64,000 bases of DNA. Origin: Lepidodermella squamata. Taxonomy: Eukaryota > Animalia > Gastrotricha. Below are positions 58,741-64,000 of the stretch, piece after piece. Within the stretch, counting starts at the first letter, position 1. Every line of letters begins with the position of its first letter. The notes beneath the pieces are model-generated. The model was not told the origin of the DNA, did no database searches, and worked only from the letters and a program-made list of their open reading frames with translations. A program made the position numbers and the translations under genes. The DNA is taken from assembly GCA_047495785.1 (NCBI GenBank), contig JBLDXI010000015.1, positions 1,736,001 to 1,800,000 on the forward strand, in the 5' to 3' direction.

Positions 58741-61700
58741 ATGATGATGATGGACGATATGGAGGACGTCACGCTCGATCGATTGACGCCACTGTTGATC
58801 GAACGAGAAATAACGCCGGACCTACTTTGCGCGCTCAAGGCAGCAAATGCCCCTGGCGACCTGTTATTCGCGTTATACCGCTACATGGTGCAGATAACCG
58901 ACTATAATTCCATGTTATCGAAGCGAATGCTGGCTGCGAAAAAGGAAGCGGATGAAGTGAGGCGTGACACGGCGGATATTGAACGACAGGTGAAACGCGC
59001 TCGCCTCGAGTCGGACGAACAGAACGAGGCGTTGCGCGTGCAAAATGTCGCCCTCGAACAGCGCAACACGCAGTTGATGCGGGCGAATAACGAGCATGAA
59101 AATGACCTCGAAGATGCGCATCGATTTGCTAATAGTTTGCGGGCGAAATTGAGCTACTTGAAAATGGCTCGAAAAGTATCGAAAGGTGAGAAAAAAATTC
59201 AAAATTTGATTTAATTGATTAATTTTAATTTAATTAATTTAATTTTTGATTTGATTAAAATTTGAATAATTTCAAAAATTTTGCTGACAATTTTTGAAAA
59301 TGATTCAGAAAAATTTTGAAGAAATTCGATATGCCATTTCTATTTAAAAAAAATAATTTTTTCAAATATTTTGAAATTTTACGAAGTTGAAATTTATTTT
59401 ATTCTCCAAAGTTTTAAAGAAATTTAATGATTTTTAAAGAAATTTAAATTTTTTTAAAGATTAAAATAAATCTTTAAAATCGAGTAAAAATCATCGAAAT
59501 TCAGGATTCAATTAGGACCAATCTTCAGATTTTTCGTTATTTTTCGTTCTGATTTTTCTCAGTAAAATAATATTTTAATATTTTTTTCTTGTTTCAGGGC
59601 GAGTGAGTGCTTTGAAGCGCAAAAACAGTCATTTAAAGCAAACCGTAGCCGAAACTCTCGTTCAAACCGGTGTCGTAACCAGCGAATTAAACCTCAGCCG
59701 TGAAGAATCGGCGAAAATTTCATCAGAACTCGCTGAAAAATCGAAACAACTCGAGCAGTGGCAGTCAATCTGCGCTGAACAAGCGGCTAAACTTGCTGAA
59801 AAATCGGACGAATTCGACAAGTTGAAGCAAAGCTCAGCGTGCGATATCGAACGATGCCGGCAGGATTTGGCGAAAAAAGACGCCGATCTCGCTCAACTTC
59901 AAAAGCAAATTACAGCGCTGAAAACTCAGGCTGAAAATTCGAATCGATCGATTGGCGAAATTGAAAAGCTGAAACAAGACACGGCGAAAATCAAGTTAGA
60001 TCTCGAGAAGGAAAATCGTCGTCTGAAAGAAACGCTCGAAGTTGAAAATTCGGCGAAATCGAAATTGACGGCGGATGTCGAGGCGAAAAATCTTGAATTG
60101 AAGGCGTTGGCTAAGCAATACGGCGACGAGTTGCAGAAGTTGAAATCAGCAAAAGTCAACGCTCAGGCCGATTTGAAGCAAAAAGAGCTAGAGTTAGCGA
60201 AAGCTCAGGCTGATCTCAAGAAGTTGACCGAAGATTACGACGGTGAGGTTGCGGCGTTGAAATTCGACAAAATGGACCTGCAAACGCAATTGACATCGGC
60301 TGAGGCAGAAATTGAAAAGCTGCGAGGTGAGGCGAAACAGCAAAGTGTTGAGGCGACTTCGAAGGATTCGAACGTGCTGAGCAAGTACGAAAATCTCAAG
60401 AAAATGTACATCAACCAGACGGCTCAGGTCGAAAAGTTGACGAAGGACAAAGATCGGATCGAATCGAGTATGAAGCAGGTCAGCAAAGAATTGGCTGAAT
60501 TCCGGAAAAAGCCGACAAAACCAGCTGGTTCCGAGGCTGAAACCATGACCGATCCGATTGAAGAATCGAGCGACGAAAATGCTCAGTTGAAAAACGCCCT
60601 CAAATTTTTGTCTGAAGCTGTGAAAACTGCGACGGATAAGAACGATGTGTTGTCGGCTGAACGCGATGAATTGCGGTCGAGTGTTGAAAAGCTGACGTCG
60701 GATCTTACAACTACTTACATCGAGTTGGAGAAGGTTCAAGCGGCCAATGCGAAGTTGAACTCGGATTGCGCTGAATTGAGGCTGCGGTTGGAGAAGTCTA
60801 CTGAGGCGCCGTCGAAGGCGATGTGGCAGAAAATTTTGACGATGACCGAGATGAACGAAGGCCTCAAGAAGCAGATTGAGGAGTTGGAGAAGTCGAGGAA
60901 TTTGGTTGTCGAGGAAATTACGCAGTTGAAGGAAGATCGCAAGGTGGTTGAGCAGATCTGGAAGTCGCGGCTTCAGTCGGCCAAACGGCACGTTGCTCAG
61001 GGCCAAGGCAAGCAAGTCGAGAAAATACGGAATACCAAGTGAGTTTTTTGAATTTTCAAAAAAATTTAAATTTTAAATTAATTTTTAAAATTTCGAAAAT
61101 TCCTCCTTATTAATTCCAAAAATAATTTTTGAAAATTTTAAATTGGAAAAATTTTCTTGAAAAATATTCTGAAAAATTCTATTTCAAGGCTAAAATTCTG
61201 TGATTTTTTGAATTTTGAAATGAAATCGTGACCAGCGTTAATGCTTGATTTTTTAATTCCAGGCTCAGTCTAATCCATCGATCGAGTCGCCTTCGCCAGC
61301 GATTATTCAAGCTTCTCAAGGAGAAAAACGGCGGCCTGCAGCAGATCATTCTCAAAAAAGAAGTTAACGACCGTAAAGACAAAATGATCGCATGGTTGAA
61401 GGCCTCTCTCGCCACTTCCGCCAGACGCTTCGAAGAAATTGAGAACCGCAAAAATTCCCAGGCTGATTACATCGATTCAGAACTTGAAAAAGCCAAGGTA
61501 TGAAAATTTATTGAAATTATTTAAAATTTATTTATTTTTGCTATTTTTTTAGAACTCGCTGTTCATTAGTAAAGAAACTCGTGTTGAAACTGCGCCGACC
61601 CCAGCTCAGGTCGATAACACAGCCCAGCGGCCGAATAAAGTGTCGATGAAAATAATGAAAAAGCCGCCAGTTGGCCTCAAACGCCCGATCCCACCCTCGT

Positions 61701-61876
61701 TGGCGCTTTACGACACCAGCATTTCGCCCCTACCTCCCTCGCCATCCCCCTCGCCGTCGCCTAAAGAGGACTACTCTCACTTCCGAAATCCTAGTCGAGT
61801 GCCGGCTAACCTACGGCAAACTGCCTCCTCGAATCATCCTTCATCGTCGAATTCACACCATTCCTTTTTCCACTGA
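58741..61876 (+). CDS. Long coiled-coil protein with Pro/Ser-rich C-terminus, family unassigned
   Basis: Phase-compatible exons 58741-59185, 59598-61038, 61263-61497, 61553-61876; heptad-rich K/E/L/A composition. Confidence 0.8.
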
Positions 61877-62917
61877 ATTTTCGTTGGGAAAAATGTTTAA
61901 AAAATATTGAGGTGGACTTTTTTCTATCAAAACTCCGGTTTCATAATATTTCGTCAGACATTGACCGTATTTTTTTTGCAAACATTTTTGCTTCTTCATT
62001 CTTGTTGTTGTTCGATTGCCTGCCCTTGCCAATTTTCTGAAACTTGCGATGTATATTTATAACGCTTTGACGATGAGTGATTCATGAATGAGCAGATATT
62101 AATTGAAAAAACTAGTGTAAACATTTTTTTGCTCATTTTTTTTAATTAAAAAAAGAAACATCATATTATCTTACATTGTTGTTGCAAATACAAACGTTGA
62201 TATATTATAATATGTACTTATGTGTTAACGAGAATGCTTCGATTGCTATGCAAATAACTAATTGAACGTCTATATTCGTAAGGTTAACTGGTCGAGTGCT
62301 TTTTACGCTTGATCTTTATTGATTGATTGATTGATGGATAAATTGATCGGCTTGAAATCAGTATGCACGCAGTTGAGATTGATCTAAAATAAAAACTGAA
62401 AAACTGCGAAATGAATGGGGTTTTTTCCATGCGTTGGAAGCGCGTTAGCCAAGAGTTTGCACCTGATGGGAAAAGATTTATTTTGATCAGGTTTTGATCA
62501 GTCGGCGATAGCACTTTCTCCCCGAGACCGAGAAAATATTATAAATTTTTATAAATTTATTAAAATTTTATTGATCCGACGCCGAAAAATGGCGCCAATT
62601 ATTTCAGGAAGAGAAAACAAAGAACAAGCAAAGAAAATGTTCAAAACGAGGCTTCCTAAATTTCCTTTACTGGTTGGATCCCACCGACCCGACAGTGGCG
62701 GGGTGTGGTCAGCTAGTAAGCGAAACGAAACGCTGTATAATCTGTACTTGAATTCGCAAAACTCATCACAGGCCGCTAATAAAAGGAAAAATTCAATGTT
62801 ATAGAAAATGTTATCGAACTTGCCTTATAGCCGAATTTAACGTTAAATTTTGCCCAAGTCGGCTAATGCAGTGACTTCAAAATCAAAGAAGAATTCTGAA
62901 TTTTTGGTGAAAAAAGG

Positions 62918-62991
62918 AGGTTCCGGCGGGGTTCGAACCCGCGACCTTCTGCGTGTAAAGCAGACGTGATGAACCACTACACAACGGAACC
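62918..62991 (-). tRNA. tRNA-Val(TAC)
   Basis: Reverse complement of consensus. Confidence 0.95.
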
Positions 62992-63057
62992 TGTTGATAC
63001 CGAGGATCGAATGCACAGCTTTGAAGATTCGTTAAAATTAGTTCTAGTTTCAAAAAT

Positions 63058-63129
63058 TGGAGATGCCGGGGTTTGAACCCGGGACATCTTACATGCAAAG
63101 CAAGCGCTCTACCACTGAGCTACATCCCC
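63058..63129 (-). tRNA. tRNA-Ala(TGC)
   Basis: Reverse complement of consensus. Confidence 0.95.
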
Positions 63130-63205
63130 ATGTGATTTCAAGAGATATATGAATCCTACTTTAAACGGTAGCCAAGTCTTACTAGATTTTGAAAAATGTT
63201 GGACG

Positions 63206-63278
63206 AGGTTCCGGCGGGGTTCGAACCCGCGACCTTCTCCGTGTGAAGGAGACGTGATAACCACTACACTACGGAACC
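63206..63278 (-). tRNA. tRNA-Val(CAC)
   Basis: Reverse complement of consensus. Confidence 0.95.
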
Positions 63279-63347
63279 TGGATACTAGTAACTCTGATGG
63301 CAAACACTCGAGAGAAACCTGCATGCTCTGCGAAGCAACAGTAAAAA

Positions 63348-63419
63348 TTCCCTGACCGGGAATCGAACCCGGGCCGCCGCGGTGAGAACGCGGAATCCTA
63401 ACCACTAGACCATCAGGGA
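63348..63419 (-). tRNA. tRNA-Glu(CTC)
   Basis: Reverse complement of consensus. Confidence 0.95.
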
Positions 63420-63489
63420 GGATGAACATGGACTCTAAGTGAGACGGGACTATCCTTGAGAATTAGGTCCCCGTTGATAAAAATAAAGC

Positions 63490-63563
63490 TGCCCCCTGTG
63501 AGGATCGAACTCACGACCTCCAGATTATGAGACTGGCGCTCTAGCCAACTGAGCCAAGGAGGC
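63490..63563 (-). tRNA. tRNA-Met(CAT)
   Basis: Reverse complement of consensus. Confidence 0.95.
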
Positions 63564-63642
63564 GCTTGTGGTCACCCTGGATATTATGCTCATTTCCTAA
63601 TTGAACGCCGAATGGTTGATGTTAGGGAAAAAAGAGGTGCCG

Positions 63643-63714
63643 AGGCCCAGACGGGGATCGAACCCGCGACCTTCTGTTTACAAGACAGATGCTCTACCAC
63701 TAAGCTACTGAGCC
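63643..63714 (-). tRNA. tRNA-Thr(TGT)
   Basis: Reverse complement of consensus (G49 variant, as in copy C). Confidence 0.95.
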
Positions 63715-63784
63715 GGCTGATGGCTGAGAAGCTCGATCAATTTTCCAATCTGAGGCAAGATGTTCAGAGGAATAAAAAAGTTAG

Positions 63785-63856
63785 CGACCCAGATGGGACT
63801 CGAACCCACAATCTCCGGCTCCGGAGGCCGACGCCTTACCATTAGGCCACTGGGCC
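63785..63856 (-). tRNA. tRNA-Arg(CCG)
   Basis: Reverse complement of consensus. Confidence 0.93.
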
Positions 63857-64000
63857 GGGTTAGAAACTCACAGGACTGAGTTACTCCCCATAATAAACGA
63901 TTTCAATCAGCATCCGATATCAATGTTCCCAAGTAATGATCGAAATGAAGTTTTTCGTCTAAAGCTTTCGATTCAAATATCGAACCAGCTATCAATTCGT

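Larger units (their letters stand above)
62918..63856 (-). repeat. tRNA cassette copy I (inverted; Ser expected just beyond window end)
   Basis: Arg-Thr-Met-Glu-Val(CAC)-Ala-Val(TAC); the Ser-Arg spacer runs to position 64000. Confidence 0.9.

Noticed and set aside
60194-61015. 273-aa hydrophobic minus-strand ORF
   Set aside because: Antisense shadow of the coiled-coil exon.
3726-63845. Recurrent short ORFs (MVRIPRSHRGG..., MEMPGFEPGTS..., MHVRCPGFKP...)
   Set aside because: They are translations of tRNA genes, not proteins.
3553-63856. CRISPR-like or tRNA-SINE reading of the repeats
   Set aside because: The repeats are complete, distinct tRNAs in fixed order with homologous spacers; there are no cas genes, SINE tails or TSDs.

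Overview
Genomic DNA from a compact-genome metazoan (many 50-64 nt GT-AG introns; ciliary genes CEP126 and TBC1D31 plus an AChBP-like gene point to a ciliated invertebrate, possibly spiralian, which is inference). Eleven protein genes can be built by hand: an SGNH hydrolase, a fucosyltransferase-like protein, a CAP/SCP protein, an mGluR-like class C GPCR, CEP126-like, a nested Cys-rich prepropeptide, a nested intronless SOCS-box gene, TBC1D31, a soluble AChBP-like protein, eIF1A and macoilin. An orphan coiled-coil protein makes a twelfth. The dominant unusual feature is a fixed-order eight-tRNA cassette: Ser(UGA, opposite strand)-Arg(CCG)-Thr(UGU)-Met(CAU)-Glu(CUC)-Val(CAC)-Ala(UGC)-Val(UAC). 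It occurs in nine full or partial copies (A-I; 54 full-length tRNA genes plus pseudogenes) scattered between and inside single-copy genes in both orientations. The tRNA bodies are near-identical while the spacers are diverged mosaics with patchwise identity between different copies. All eight anticodons have a pyrimidine at position 34, tRNA-Arg lacks A20, two cassettes flank a 'cargo' gene inside a CEP126 intron, and several cassettes coincide with abrupt compositional boundaries. Other notable items are an mGluR with an intact glutamate pocket but degenerate G-protein-coupling motifs, a novel-looking 16-aa six-Cys peptide, an RFX X-box between two divergent ciliary genes, and several TIR elements. 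All comparisons were made by eye; no database searches were run.
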